From Pirellulales bacterium (lineage in GTDB: Bacteria; Planctomycetota; Planctomycetia; Pirellulales; JADZDJ01), in contig JADZDJ010000018.1 in NCBI GenBank assembly GCA_020851115.1, positions 15,780 to 79,779 on the forward strand: a stretch of 64,000 bases of DNA. Reading direction: 5' to 3'. Positions within the stretch are counted from its first letter, which is position 1; every line of letters starts with the position of its first letter. The translations under genes were made by a program, and so were the position numbers. The notes beneath the pieces are model-generated. The model worked only from the letters and a program-made list of their open reading frames with translations. It searched no databases and was not told where the DNA came from. This document shows, piece by piece, positions 1 through 9,537 of the stretch.

Positions 1-1484
1 CGTTTCCGTCGGGCATCGTTTTTGAGGCGATGAACAATGCTGGCGGCCTGAAGAAGAAGCTGTTAGTCATTTTGAATGACAACAAGATGTCGATCTGCCC
101 ACGCGTCGGCGGCGTCGCAGAATACTTGGACCGGCTGCGAATGAACCGCTCCTACACTGGGCTGAAGTCGTCCGTGGTCAGCATCTTGAACAAAATGCCG
201 GTTGTCGGCGATCCGGTTGAAAAGTTGCTCTGGCAAATTAAAGAATCGGTGAAAGCCGGGCTCCACGGCGGCATGCTCTTGGAAGAGATGGGCTTCCGCT
301 ACGTCGGTCCCGTCGATGGCCACAATATCCCGGCGCTGCGTCGCTATCTGAAAATGGTGAAGGACGTCGAAGGCCCCGTCTTGTTGCATGTTGTCACCGA
401 AAAAGGGCACGGCTTTCAGCCCGCGGCAGCCGATCCCGTCTATTTCCATACCCCTGCGCCGTTTCAACGAGCCAAGGAAACGGTCATCACGATTCAATCA
501 ACTTCAACGAGTGCCTACACGGACATTGCCAGCCGCGCAATCTACGACCAGATGACAAAAAACCCGCGCGTTACCGTGTTGACCGCGGCAATGTGCCAAG
601 GCAATAAACTCGAACCGATTCGCGAAGCGTTCCCCGATCGCTTTTTCGACACGGGCATTTGCGAATCGCACGCGGTTGCATTCGCGGCCGGACAGGCGAA
701 AGTCGGCATGAGGCCGATCGTGGATATTTATAGTACGTTCCTGCAGCGCAGCTTCGACCAGGTGTTCCAAGAAGTTTCACTGCAAAACTTGCCGGTGACG
801 TTCATGCTCGATCGCGCGGGCCTGACTGGCCCGGATGGCCCGACGCATCACGGCGGCTTCGATATTGGCTACATGCGACTGTTTCCCAATATGGTCGTGA
901 TGGCTCCTGGCGACGCAAGCGATTTGCCGGAAATGCTCGAGCTAGCTCTCGCGTTCCCAGGTCCGACTTCCATTCGCTATCCGAAGTCCAATGCCGAAGA
1001 CGCCGGCGCATTGGTTCCTGGCGACCGTGCGCCGGTCGAACTTGGCCGGGCTGAAGTTTTTGAGTGGGGTCGCGACGGCGTGATTCTCGCCTGCGGCACG
1101 CTACTGTCGAACTGTATGAAAGCCGCCGCGACGCTCCAAGAGCAAGGGCTAGACGTCGGCGTCATCAACGCCCGCTTTATCAAGCCTCTGGACACCGAAG
1201 TCATTTTCAAAGCCATCGAAACCAGTCCGTTCGTGCTGACGGTCGAAGAAGGCGCGCTGATGACCGGTTTTGGCAGCGCCGTCCTCGAGGCAGCCTCCGA
1301 CGCCGGCCTGAACACGTCGCACGTCGCCCGACTCGGCATTCCCGATCGTTACATCGAGCACGGCGAGCGGGGCGAACTGCTTGCCGATCTCCACCTCGAT
1401 CCTGCGGGCATCGCTTGTAAATGCCGCGTACTCGCGGAGCGCGCGGGCATCGCCGTCGAATCGGTCCATCGCCGCGTCAGCTAG
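1..1484 (+). CDS. dxs: 1-deoxy-D-xylulose-5-phosphate synthase, C-terminal ~490 aa (5' end upstream of window)
   Basis: Track ORF 30..1484. The frame stays open back to nt 3 (..FPSGIVFEAMNNAGG..). Transketolase-like motifs are present: 'FDTGICESHAVAFAAGQA', 'DRAGLTGPDGPTHHGGFDIGYMR', 'MAPGDASDL'. Confidence 0.9.
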   Translation, partial: FPSGIVFEAMNNAGGLKKKLLVILNDNKMSICPRVGGVAEYLDRLRMNRSYTGLKSSVVSILNKMPVVGDPVEKLLWQIKESVKAGLHGGMLLEEMGFRYVGPVDGHNIPALRRYLKMVKDVEGPVLLHVVTEKGHGFQPAAADPVYFHTPAPFQRAKETVITIQSTSTSAYTDIASRAIYDQMTKNPRVTVLTAAMCQGNKLEPIREAFPDRFFDTGICESHAVAFAAGQAKVGMRPIVDIYSTFLQRSFDQVFQEVSLQNLPVTFMLDRAGLTGPDGPTHHGGFDIGYMRLFPNMVVMAPGDASDLPEMLELALAFPGPTSIRYPKSNAEDAGALVPGDRAPVELGRAEVFEWGRDGVILACGTLLSNCMKAAATLQEQGLDVGVINARFIKPLDTEVIFKAIETSPFVLTVEEGALMTGFGSAVLEAASDAGLNTSHVARLGIPDRYIEHGERGELLADLHLDPAGIACKCRVLAERAGIAVESVHRRVS

Positions 1485-1796
1485 CGTCGCATCGCCGTGA
1501 TCCAGATAACTCCAGCATGGCAACGGTCGAAAAATCCGCCGGACCGTGAACTGACGAACCGAGGTTCGCAAAATACAACGTTACCTGGCAAGGCTACGCA
1601 CACTTGCCGGCGGCAATCAGCGATCGAAAATCGGTGCGAGTCTCGCACGACCCAGCACGAGTCGAATGAACATTGCGATCACGACCATGCGAAAATTGCA
1701 ATCGTCAATTGACCTGAACGGGATACGAATCGTCTGGGGTGTCATCGTGTATGCTGCTGTGCATCGCATAACCTGAGCTTTTTTGGATAATTCGCC

Positions 1797-2651
1797 GTGA
1801 GTTCTCGTCCCCGCGTGCTCGTCCTCGCCTATACTCAGCGGCCTCAGATCGCCGCAGAAGCCGCGCGGCTTCGACCATCGATCGAGCGTATCGCCGACGT
1901 CGTCTTGTACGATGAAACCTTTGCGGCCGACCTCTCGACCGTCGAAGCCGACTTCTCGATCGTCATGGGGGGGGATGGCTCAATTTTGCGAGCCGCCCAT
2001 CAAATGGGCAATCGCCAGCTTCCTGTCCTTGGAGTCAATCTGGGTAAACTGGGCTTCCTGGCCGATCTGACGCCTGACGAAATGCTGCAAGTGCTACCCC
2101 AGGTCGCGGCGGGGGACTACCACACGGTCGAACACTTGATGTTCGATTTCACGCTTCTCCGCGGCGAGAAAATTGCCTCTCAACTGCTCGGACTGAACGA
2201 AGCGACGATCCAGACCGGCGCTCCATTTTCACTGCTCGAAGTGCAACTTTACGTTGACGCAGAATTGGTCACGACCTATAGTTGCGACGGTTTGATCGTC
2301 AGTACGCCGGTCGGTTCGACGGCCCACAACCTGTCGGCGGGTGGACCGATATTGCGAAAAGATCTCGAAGCCTTCGTCATCTCGCCGATCAGTCCACCCA
2401 CGCTAACGAATCGTCCGGTCGTCGATTCAGCCGACCGAGTGTATGAAATGGTCGTCGCCGAGCCACATGAGGGAACCTCGGTCGTCGTCGACGGCCGCTT
2501 GGTTGGCCGGCTGAAGCCGCACGATCGCGTTCGCGTACAGCGCGCCGAGCAGAAATTCAAATTGATTGAGGTCGCCGGCCACAACTACTATCGTACGCTG
2601 CGAGAAAAGCTCGGCTGGGGCGGGCGGCTGCGTTATGCCGACGGCCGCTGA
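1797..2651 (+). CDS. nadK: NAD(+) kinase
   Basis: 284-aa ORF with a GTG start. NAD kinase motifs: 'VMGGDGSILRAAH', 'NEATIQ', 'CDGLIVSTPVGSTAHNLSAGGPIL'. Confidence 0.9.
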   Translation: MSSRPRVLVLAYTQRPQIAAEAARLRPSIERIADVVLYDETFAADLSTVEADFSIVMGGDGSILRAAHQMGNRQLPVLGVNLGKLGFLADLTPDEMLQVLPQVAAGDYHTVEHLMFDFTLLRGEKIASQLLGLNEATIQTGAPFSLLEVQLYVDAELVTTYSCDGLIVSTPVGSTAHNLSAGGPILRKDLEAFVISPISPPTLTNRPVVDSADRVYEMVVAEPHEGTSVVVDGRLVGRLKPHDRVRVQRAEQKFKLIEVAGHNYYRTLREKLGWGGRLRYADGR

Positions 2652-2697
2652 GGGCGATTGGATCTGAAGTCTGAAATCTCAACGAATGAAATCGCCC
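2652..2697 (+). repeat. stem-loop after nadK with a 7-nt periodic loop
   Basis: GGGCGATT (2652-2659) pairs with AATCGCCC (2690-2697). The loop reads TCTGAAG TCTGAAA TCTCAAC GAATGAA. Confidence 0.7.
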
Positions 2698-2755
2698 ATG
2701 TAGAAGGTGAATCCCTTCCCCGACCCGTTCACCTCCAGTCTCGAAAGGAGTCGAG

Positions 2756-3832
2756 ATGAATCAAAATCCGATATTTGTAATCCCAAATCCGAATCTAGCT
2801 CGCAATGCTAGAGTTTTATCCCAGAGAATACGTTCTGGTTTGAACGATGGAGCAGCGTTCTTTTTTGTGCCGCGTGCTTCGTGCGTCGGATTCTGCCTCG
2901 CTGCTGTGGCTTGGATTGCAACGCAATCCGCCTTTGCCGACGAATCGACCTCGGCCGCTTCTCCGGATGCCCCTAAGTATGCGCTCGCTTATCAATTCAA
3001 GCCTGGCGAAACCATCCGCACCAAGGTGCTGCAGCAAGTGCGGCTCGATACGACGATCGCCGGCAGTACGCAGGTTGCCGAAACGGTAAGCGGTTCGGTC
3101 AAGGTCTGGAAAATCGTCGGTGTCGATCCGCAGGGAGAGATTACTTTCGAGCATTCCGTCGAGAGCGTGAATATGCTCCAAAAGGTCACTGGTCGTCAGG
3201 AAGTCACCTACAACAGCCAGACCGACAAGCACGCTCCGCCACAGTTCCAGCAAGTGGCCAAGCTGGTTGGCGTGCCGCTGGCCGACGTCACGATCGACCG
3301 TTCGGGAAGAATTACCAAGAGAATTGAAAAACGCGCCAATGCGCAAATCGACGCTCAAAGCCAAATGCTCACGCCGCTGCCGGCCGATCCGATCGCGGTG
3401 GGCGAGGAATGGAACGAGCCGGTCGATATCGTGGTGTCGCTCGAAGCGGGCGAGAAAAAACTCATCAAAACGCGACAACACTACGCGCTGGAAAAAGTCG
3501 CTAGCGGCGTGGCCACCATCTCCGTCGCCACGCAGATTCTCACGCCAGTCCACGATCCCAAAGTGCAATCGCAGCTTGTGCAACGACTGACCAAGGGTAC
3601 GATCCGCTTCGACATCGACGCTGGCCGGGTGTTGTCGCAACAAATCGATCTCGACGAGCGAGTGCTGGGCTTTCAGGGCAACGACAGCAGCCTACATTAC
3701 CTCGGCCGATTTACCGAGCAGTACCAACCCGACGTACCGGAGACGGCCGCCGTGCCGCTTAAGACAGCGACCACGAAGGCGCTGGAAGCGCAGCCTTCAA
3801 CATCGACCGCAACTCGCGCGCTCAAACGCTAG
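2756..3832 (+). CDS. hypothetical secreted/membrane-anchored protein
   Basis: 358-aa ORF with AAGGAG 5 nt upstream of the ATG. It has an N-terminal hydrophobic segment ('FCLAAVAWIATQSAFADE'). No family recognised. Confidence 0.6.
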   Translation: MNQNPIFVIPNPNLARNARVLSQRIRSGLNDGAAFFFVPRASCVGFCLAAVAWIATQSAFADESTSAASPDAPKYALAYQFKPGETIRTKVLQQVRLDTTIAGSTQVAETVSGSVKVWKIVGVDPQGEITFEHSVESVNMLQKVTGRQEVTYNSQTDKHAPPQFQQVAKLVGVPLADVTIDRSGRITKRIEKRANAQIDAQSQMLTPLPADPIAVGEEWNEPVDIVVSLEAGEKKLIKTRQHYALEKVASGVATISVATQILTPVHDPKVQSQLVQRLTKGTIRFDIDAGRVLSQQIDLDERVLGFQGNDSSLHYLGRFTEQYQPDVPETAAVPLKTATTKALEAQPSTSTATRALKR

Positions 3833-3925
3833 ACCAGGACATGGGGCACCAGTTGTCTCCGACCAATTTCGACCTGCGGCAGCCGGCCGCATGATTCCCG
3901 CGACGTTTCCGACCGCGTGGCGCCA

Positions 3926-4990
3926 TCAATTTGCCGAAACGGCTTCAGCTTCGACGGCGACTTCTTCGCTGGTTGCCGCTTGTTCGCCGGGCGAATCTTT
4001 GAAATTGCCGATGATGTCCATGAATTCGGCTTCGCGGTTTTGGAAGGCCTGAACCACGTCGGGGTCGAATTGGGTGGTGGCGCCATTGAGGATGATCGAG
4101 CGAGCGGCCGAATGGCTATACGCGGGCTTATAAATCCGCTTGCTGGTGAGCGCATCGTACACGTCGGCCAATGCGACAATCCGCGCCGACAATGGAATTT
4201 CTTCGCCGCGCAACCCTTTCGGGTAGCCGCCGCCGTCGTAGCGTTCGTGGTGGGCGATGGCGATGTCGTAGGCCATCGAAAGGAATTGGGCTTCTGGGCG
4301 CGCCATCGCGACCGATCGTAACGTTTCGCCACCCAGCAGCGTGTGGCGCTTCATGATGTCGAATTCCTCGGGCGTCAGACGTCCTGGCTTCAGCAGCACG
4401 GCGTCGGGGACGCCGACTTTGCCGATGTCGTGCAACGGACTGGTCAAATAGATTCGCTGCACATAATCGCCGTCGATGGTGTCGGCATATTTCGGCCAGC
4501 GCGAGAGTTCGTCGGCCAGGATGCGGCTGTATTCCCGCATTCGTTCGAGATGCTTGCCCGTATCGCGGTCGCGCGATTCGGCAAGTTTCGCCATCGCGAA
4601 GATCATCAGATCGCGGCTTTCCAACGACAAAATTCGCTCGCCGGTGCGCAGCCTCGTCCGAAGTTCTTCCGGATGAAACGGCTTAGTGAGGAAATCGTCG
4701 GCGCCTGCATCGAGTCCACAGACCACGTTTTCCACGCCGCCGTGCGTGGTCAGCAAGATGAAATATATGTAGCCGCTCCAGTTGCGGCGGCGAATTTCGC
4801 GGCACAAATCGAGTCCGCTCATATGCGGCATCTGCCAATCGGACACCACCAGCCGGAACTGACCGGTGCGAATCAGTTCGAACGCCTCTCGGCCGTCGCT
4901 GGCCGAAACCACGTCGTATTCGAATTGGCGGAGGTTTTCGACGAGAATTTCCAGGGTCACTGGATCGTCGTCCACGATTAAGACGCGCAT
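3926..4990 (-). CDS. response regulator with HD-GYP output domain (RpfG-type c-di-GMP phosphodiesterase family)
   Basis: REC domain ('MRVLIVDDDPVTLEIL', 'LVVSDWQMPHMSG') followed by HD-GYP ('SPLHDIGKVGVPD', 'HHERYDGGGYPKGL'). Confidence 0.85.
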   Translation of the reverse strand: MRVLIVDDDPVTLEILVENLRQFEYDVVSASDGREAFELIRTGQFRLVVSDWQMPHMSGLDLCREIRRRNWSGYIYFILLTTHGGVENVVCGLDAGADDFLTKPFHPEELRTRLRTGERILSLESRDLMIFAMAKLAESRDRDTGKHLERMREYSRILADELSRWPKYADTIDGDYVQRIYLTSPLHDIGKVGVPDAVLLKPGRLTPEEFDIMKRHTLLGGETLRSVAMARPEAQFLSMAYDIAIAHHERYDGGGYPKGLRGEEIPLSARIVALADVYDALTSKRIYKPAYSHSAARSIILNGATTQFDPDVVQAFQNREAEFMDIIGNFKDSPGEQAATSEEVAVEAEAVSAN

Positions 4991-5066
4991 GGCATGTGAG
5001 TGTTCGGGTCCAAAATGGTTGGGTATTGAACCTTGCTGGGAAGCCTTGGATGCGAATTACAAATGG

Positions 5067-5447
5067 CTAATCACTCAGGGCAAGCTGCTCTTGTTGGGTG
5101 TTCTCGATCGCGACAAACAACCGCTTGCGCTCGGTTCGAAGGCAAGCGAGCCGCGCGGGAAACTCTTCGGTAGCGGCGGCCATGGCGGCGCGTTCACAGC
5201 ACGACGCCGATGCGCACATTGCGCGGGCTTCAATGCTGGCAGTCATTCCCTTGATGCGGTGGGCAAGCCTGGCCACGTCCGGTGCGCTGCCGGCGGTCAT
5301 GGTTTGCTCGAGTTCCGCCAGATCGGCATCGACCTGGTTAGTAAACTTCGTCAAGACGCGATCGACGAGGTTCCGGTTGTGGAGACACCGGTCCATCAGG
5401 GCTTCAAGGTCGAATACGGCCGGCTCGTTGGTTTCGGAGTTTTTCAT
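5067..5447 (-). CDS. Hpt (histidine phosphotransfer) domain protein
   Basis: The track ORF runs to 5492. I prefer the ATG at 5447 (MKNSETNEP..). The Hpt signature 'LAHRIKGMTASIEA' (HxxKG) is present. The gene lies 76 nt upstream of the REC-HD-GYP gene on the same strand. Confidence 0.7.
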   Translation of the reverse strand: MKNSETNEPAVFDLEALMDRCLHNRNLVDRVLTKFTNQVDADLAELEQTMTAGSAPDVARLAHRIKGMTASIEARAMCASASCCERAAMAAATEEFPARLACLRTERKRLFVAIENTQQEQLALSD

Positions 5448-5838
5448 GGTCCGCTGCCTGCGTATCGGTGGTCTTTGTTGAGATGACGGCACACGGCGCG
5501 CCGGTCACCTCAGGACGGCAGAATTCCTGGCTCCTGACCAAACCTAGGTTGTCAGCAGGCACGGGAGAGTCAAAAGCAGTTGCGGCGCTAGACCGCAATT
5601 TGGGCGGGCGGGACGGGCTTAAGCGGAACCTTCGGAGCAAACGGAACTACGAATGGGGAAATCCACATTTGAATGGAATCGCAGTCGGGCGGTCTCACCC
5701 TACTCGACAACGCCGCGCATCGGCAGCAGCATGGTTCTGTGGCGCTAGTAAATTCCCCCGTTGATGGGGGATCGGCATCTGATGCCCGTTGCAAGCAGGC
5801 AGTGCGTGGCGACCCGACGTTCACGGCAAGCACAACTC

Positions 5839-5859
5839 ATAACCCCATCCATGGGTTAT
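5839..5859 (-). terminator. hairpin downstream of the 512-aa gene (no U-tract)
   Basis: ATAACCC (5839-5845), a 7-nt loop, then GGGTTAT (5853-5859), ~40 nt after the stop at 5896. Confidence 0.3.
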
Positions 5860-5895
5860 ATGGCAAATCCTGGACGATTCAACCGTTGCAGCTCG

Positions 5896-7434
5896 TCAGG
5901 CTTTGAGCGCCGTGCGGGTGCGCTGCACCAGCGCATTGTCGCGAGACTTCGAACCTCGCAGGTTGAATACGCTCGACGCAAGGTAACGGTTTCGCCAATT
6001 CGGTGAGACGCGGTAAAAATCTTCCAAGATCGCCGAGCTGAATTTGTAGTCGTGCGCGTTGGTACCTTTGAGGAACACGAGCAGTCGGGCCGCGTCGATG
6101 AATTGCTGAGGATCGCCGCCGGCTTCGAGGAAACCCAGCACTTTGCGGGCAGCCATCGCGCTGTCGCCGCCCACGTCAGAGAAAATGCTCTCGATCACTT
6201 GCGGCGCATCCGCCGCCGAATCCGCGGGGTTCGCTTCCAGTTGATCGAGGCGGCCATCGGCGATTTTTCCGCGACGGGTCATTGCTGCGCGAAACAGCGG
6301 CAAAAACGCGGCATTCTGCAGCAGCAACAAGCGGCGTGTTTCGTCGTCGGCCGCCGTCTCAAACGCGAAATGCAGCGCATTGGTCGAAGTCACCGCATGC
6401 AGGGCGACGATGCCCGGTTGACGCATCAGCAGTTCCCCTGCGCCAACGAACAAGGCGTCCCACACCGATTGCGGCGCGATGCCACGGCCGAGCAATTCAG
6501 CGACGAGTTTGCAGGCGTCCTCGTCGCTGCCGGTGCGCAAGGCATCCAGCATCTCGGCGGTCGCCGCGTCGTCCAGCTTGCCGTCGCGCCAATCGGCGGG
6601 AAACATTGCCGCCAGTTCGCGGTTGAGTTTGATCGGCCGATCGGCCGGCGCATCGTCGTTGGGCCGATCTCCCTCGCGATTGAGCATTGCATAGGCGAGC
6701 GAGCGAACGATCGGTTCGGCGTGTTCGGGACCAATGCAAGCGAGCGTCCGCCAACTGTTCGACGTGTAGATTGCTTTGTGCCCGATCGAGCGAAAATCGC
6801 GACAACCATAGCGGAACAACAATTCAAACGCTCCGGCCGTGCCGGCCGTGCGGGCCAATGCCGCGGCTGCCGCATCGGCAGGAGCCTCGTCCCAGGCATC
6901 CATCGCCGCAATGAACGCTTTGCGTGCTTTGCCGGCCGTCGGCAGTTTTGATTCATCGACCGCCGGCATCGTGTAGGGGGGCGATTTGCGTTCTTGCTCT
7001 TCGTGCTGCGCTGCCTTGAAATGATCGATCGCCCAGAAAATTGGCAGCCAACGATGATCGGCCGGCGACGACATACTCGCCACGTGAGCCGAGTTTACCA
7101 CCAGCACGGCATGAAACTTAAATCCGACCGATGGACGCGGCTCAACATTGCGTATACCCGCCAGCAGCAGCGCGGCCAATAAATCGCGGTAATCGAGTCC
7201 GTGTCGAATCCGGGCGCCGACTTCTTCCAGCAGCGATTCGCGCGGCGTCTCTTCGAGCAGTCGTACAACGGGTTCAATTTCCGGCCGAAACTGCACACTG
7301 CCCGCCGGCAGCTTGGTCTCCGCCGCCGCCAGCGGTTTGAGCTTCGAGAGAAATCCAAAATCGCCCAAGCCGGCCAAGGCTCCGCCTGCCGCGGCCCGCT
7401 GGACAAAGTTGCGCCGAGAAAAACTGCCAGCCAT
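5896..7434 (-). CDS. hypothetical protein with twin-arginine (Tat) signal
   Basis: 512-aa ORF with a GGGAGGGG SD just upstream. The N-terminus 'SRRNFVQRAAAGGALAGLG' is Tat-like. The protein looks mostly helical and carries recurring H-containing motifs ('FHAVLVVNSAH', 'GHKAIYTSNSW', 'LHAVTSTNALH'). Family not recognised. Confidence 0.65.
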   Translation of the reverse strand: MAGSFSRRNFVQRAAAGGALAGLGDFGFLSKLKPLAAAETKLPAGSVQFRPEIEPVVRLLEETPRESLLEEVGARIRHGLDYRDLLAALLLAGIRNVEPRPSVGFKFHAVLVVNSAHVASMSSPADHRWLPIFWAIDHFKAAQHEEQERKSPPYTMPAVDESKLPTAGKARKAFIAAMDAWDEAPADAAAAALARTAGTAGAFELLFRYGCRDFRSIGHKAIYTSNSWRTLACIGPEHAEPIVRSLAYAMLNREGDRPNDDAPADRPIKLNRELAAMFPADWRDGKLDDAATAEMLDALRTGSDEDACKLVAELLGRGIAPQSVWDALFVGAGELLMRQPGIVALHAVTSTNALHFAFETAADDETRRLLLLQNAAFLPLFRAAMTRRGKIADGRLDQLEANPADSAADAPQVIESIFSDVGGDSAMAARKVLGFLEAGGDPQQFIDAARLLVFLKGTNAHDYKFSSAILEDFYRVSPNWRNRYLASSVFNLRGSKSRDNALVQRTRTALKA

Positions 7435-7702
7435 GATCCCCTCCCTGAAAAAAACGTTTGTCTCCCGGTGTTATTGTACCGCGTTGCGCGGCTGAGGGCA
7501 TCTAGCCGATTCGATCCACCAGAACCATTGAAAGGTCCAAGCGAAACAATCGAAGATAGGGGGATGGGGAAAATGGGAGAGAGAGACTCCGCAAACTGCT
7601 GGCGATCCACTTCTTTTTTGCTCTCGTTTCTCCATTCATCAAAACTATTCGGACATTGCGATCGTCCGGATCGACCGATTCTTCGAATGAGCCGCCACGA
7701 AA

Positions 7703-8782
7703 CTACATCGGATTTGCCGCTTCCGCGAGCCGATCGACCAGCCGCCGGATATTGACGAACCGATGCTTGCCGCGGTTGAGCTTTGCCAGTTGCACGAGCG
7801 TGCTTTCTGGCCTCGGCTCAAGCGTGAATTGAATTACGTGGATCGATGCGCCACCGCTATTCATGCGAGTAAGTTTTTGCAATTCCGCCCGAGTCAGATC
7901 GTCCTGCGGCTCTCCGTCCGTGAGCAAATAGATCACATCGGGCCTTTTGCGGATTGCGATTTCCAGAGCCGTCAGATGGTGCGTCCCGCCATCGGCCTGC
8001 AATCGGTAGACAAAATCTCGAAACAGGCCCTTATTTTCCGGTGTGGCAAATTGCAGCCTGCCGCGCGAGAGGCCCGGCAGCTCATACATCCACGGCTCGT
8101 GATTGTAAAACACGGTGTAGAACTGCTGTCGCTCTTGCAAGTGCTCGACGCTAGAGAGCAACTCCATTTTGGCGGCCCGCAATGGGACGCTGTCGTAGCT
8201 GGTCATACTTAGCGAGCGGTCGAAGACATAGATGAAGCTATTGCCTTCCGCCTCGATGCCGAAGAACTGTGTTCTTCCATAGCCATGACCTTTGCCTAAT
8301 CCCATGCCCTCGCCAGAGTCGGCACTGCCAGAACCCAACAGTCCACTCAAAGCCGCCGCAGATTTCGACGATTTCCCAGCGCCGGGCAGTTCGATCTTCA
8401 ATTCAGGGAGTGACGACGACAACTCCGAGAAGCGTTCGGTGGCGGCCGTACTCCATTCGGGCGCTGCTTGAGGCGCTTCGATATTGACCGTCAATTCGGC
8501 TTCACCGGAGCGAGCGCCGGTATCGAGGTCGAACAATTCTTCGCCGCTCGATTCCTGCCAAGCCAGTGCAACTTCGCCCGAGCCACGATTGCCAACCAGG
8601 TGCTCGCGATAGGTGTACAGCCCAAGCAGAATGATCGCCAGACAGTGAACTCCGAAAGAAGTGGCAAACGAAGAAACTTGCGTCCGGCACGAATGCGCCT
8701 CGATCGGCTGCGCGGCCATTGCCAACGGCATCGGTGGCGGAGTTGGAAGCGACGGCGGTACGGGGATTCTTGCCTGTGCCAC
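7703..8782 (-). CDS. membrane-anchored von Willebrand factor A (VWA) domain protein
   Basis: 359 aa with one TM ('FGVHCLAIILLGLYTY'). VWA/MIDAS-like motifs: 'FIYVFDRSLSM' and 'DVIYLLTDGEPQD'. Confidence 0.7.
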   Translation of the reverse strand: MAQARIPVPPSLPTPPPMPLAMAAQPIEAHSCRTQVSSFATSFGVHCLAIILLGLYTYREHLVGNRGSGEVALAWQESSGEELFDLDTGARSGEAELTVNIEAPQAAPEWSTAATERFSELSSSLPELKIELPGAGKSSKSAAALSGLLGSGSADSGEGMGLGKGHGYGRTQFFGIEAEGNSFIYVFDRSLSMTSYDSVPLRAAKMELLSSVEHLQERQQFYTVFYNHEPWMYELPGLSRGRLQFATPENKGLFRDFVYRLQADGGTHHLTALEIAIRKRPDVIYLLTDGEPQDDLTRAELQKLTRMNSGGASIHVIQFTLEPRPESTLVQLAKLNRGKHRFVNIRRLVDRLAEAANPM

Positions 8783-9424
8783 GGGTTTTGCCTATGAAGT
8801 CTGTTCCAGTCTACCGCGACGGGCGTCACCCATCTATCATTCCAGGAATTCCGGCGAAACGCAACTATTTCGTCTGGACCTCACCTGAGCACATCACCAT
8901 TTCGCCACCGATCGCTCATGCGAATTGCGTCCCCCTGCCGCAACCGAGAGGGAGCGGGATGACCAAACCGCTTCAAAAATGTTTCAAAAAATTCGAATGG
9001 GGAAAATTGGATCGCAAAATCTGCGTATTTTTCGAAAACAATGCAGACCTGCGACCATTTGCTCTCCCTTCCCTTTCGGCACCTTCACGCAATTCTGCGC
9101 CTCGGTCGTTCAAATTAGCTCGTCAATGGTCGAGATTATTGAGTCTGTACCAGCATGGCAGGGGATTGCTAGTACCACGCCAAGCGGCACTGCCTATTTT
9201 TCCAGGCCGATTTTTCACCAACCAGGATGAGCCATGCCGGGGCCGGGAGAATTTGCGCCGGATCGGTCCTGAGGGAATCGCGCGTGTTAAGGACTTGCCC
9301 AAATCGAAGGTGGTTGAGCGCAATCGCAATGATCCACGACAAAGCTGCCCCAGGTTGCGGTCGCAGTTATCCTTCGCGCGGCTGAACTCGATTGCGGACA
9401 TCCTGCCGCTTCCCGGCAAAAGCG

Positions 9425-9437
9425 CCCGCCCTGCGGG
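9425..9437 (-). terminator. possible intrinsic terminator downstream of the AI-2E gene
   Basis: The minus strand reads CCCGC-AGG-GCGGG followed by CGCTTTTG, ~100 nt after the stop at 9538. The stem is short. Confidence 0.35.
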
Positions 9438-9537
9438 ACACGACCAGCGCAGCCAGCTTCTCTAGGTTCAAGTCCGATCCGACGGCGGTATCATCCGCCT
9501 TAGGATGCCAACGTCTTGGACGAACTCAGATCGTAAC

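Noticed and set aside
2816-3643. Long antisense ORFs inside well-supported genes: 2816..3643(-), 6052..6951(+), 11123..11887(-), 13019..13621(-), 36113..36724(-), 49448..50248(+), 57437..58405(+), 63331..63954(-), and others.
   Set aside because: Each lies opposite a CDS with clear family motifs. Their translations are R/A/G/P-rich with no recognisable motifs, as expected for stop-poor antisense frames in GC-rich DNA.
8719-9465. 248-aa plus-strand ORF filling the VWA/AI-2E spacer.
   Set aside because: It overlaps the VWA start. It has no SD, its composition looks random (R/P/S-rich), and no motifs are present. I treat the region as non-coding but flag it as a long gap.
9464-9490. tRNA-like T-arm fragment 'AGGTTCAAGTCC', identical over 12 nt to the T-arm of tRNA-Leu at 16046-16129. 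It could be a pseudo-tRNA or an att remnant.
   Set aside because: The flanking bases do not form a T-stem (3 of 5 pairs), and no complementary acceptor 5' strand lies upstream. It is upstream of the tRNA, which is the wrong side for a 3'-end integration repeat. No integrase is present.
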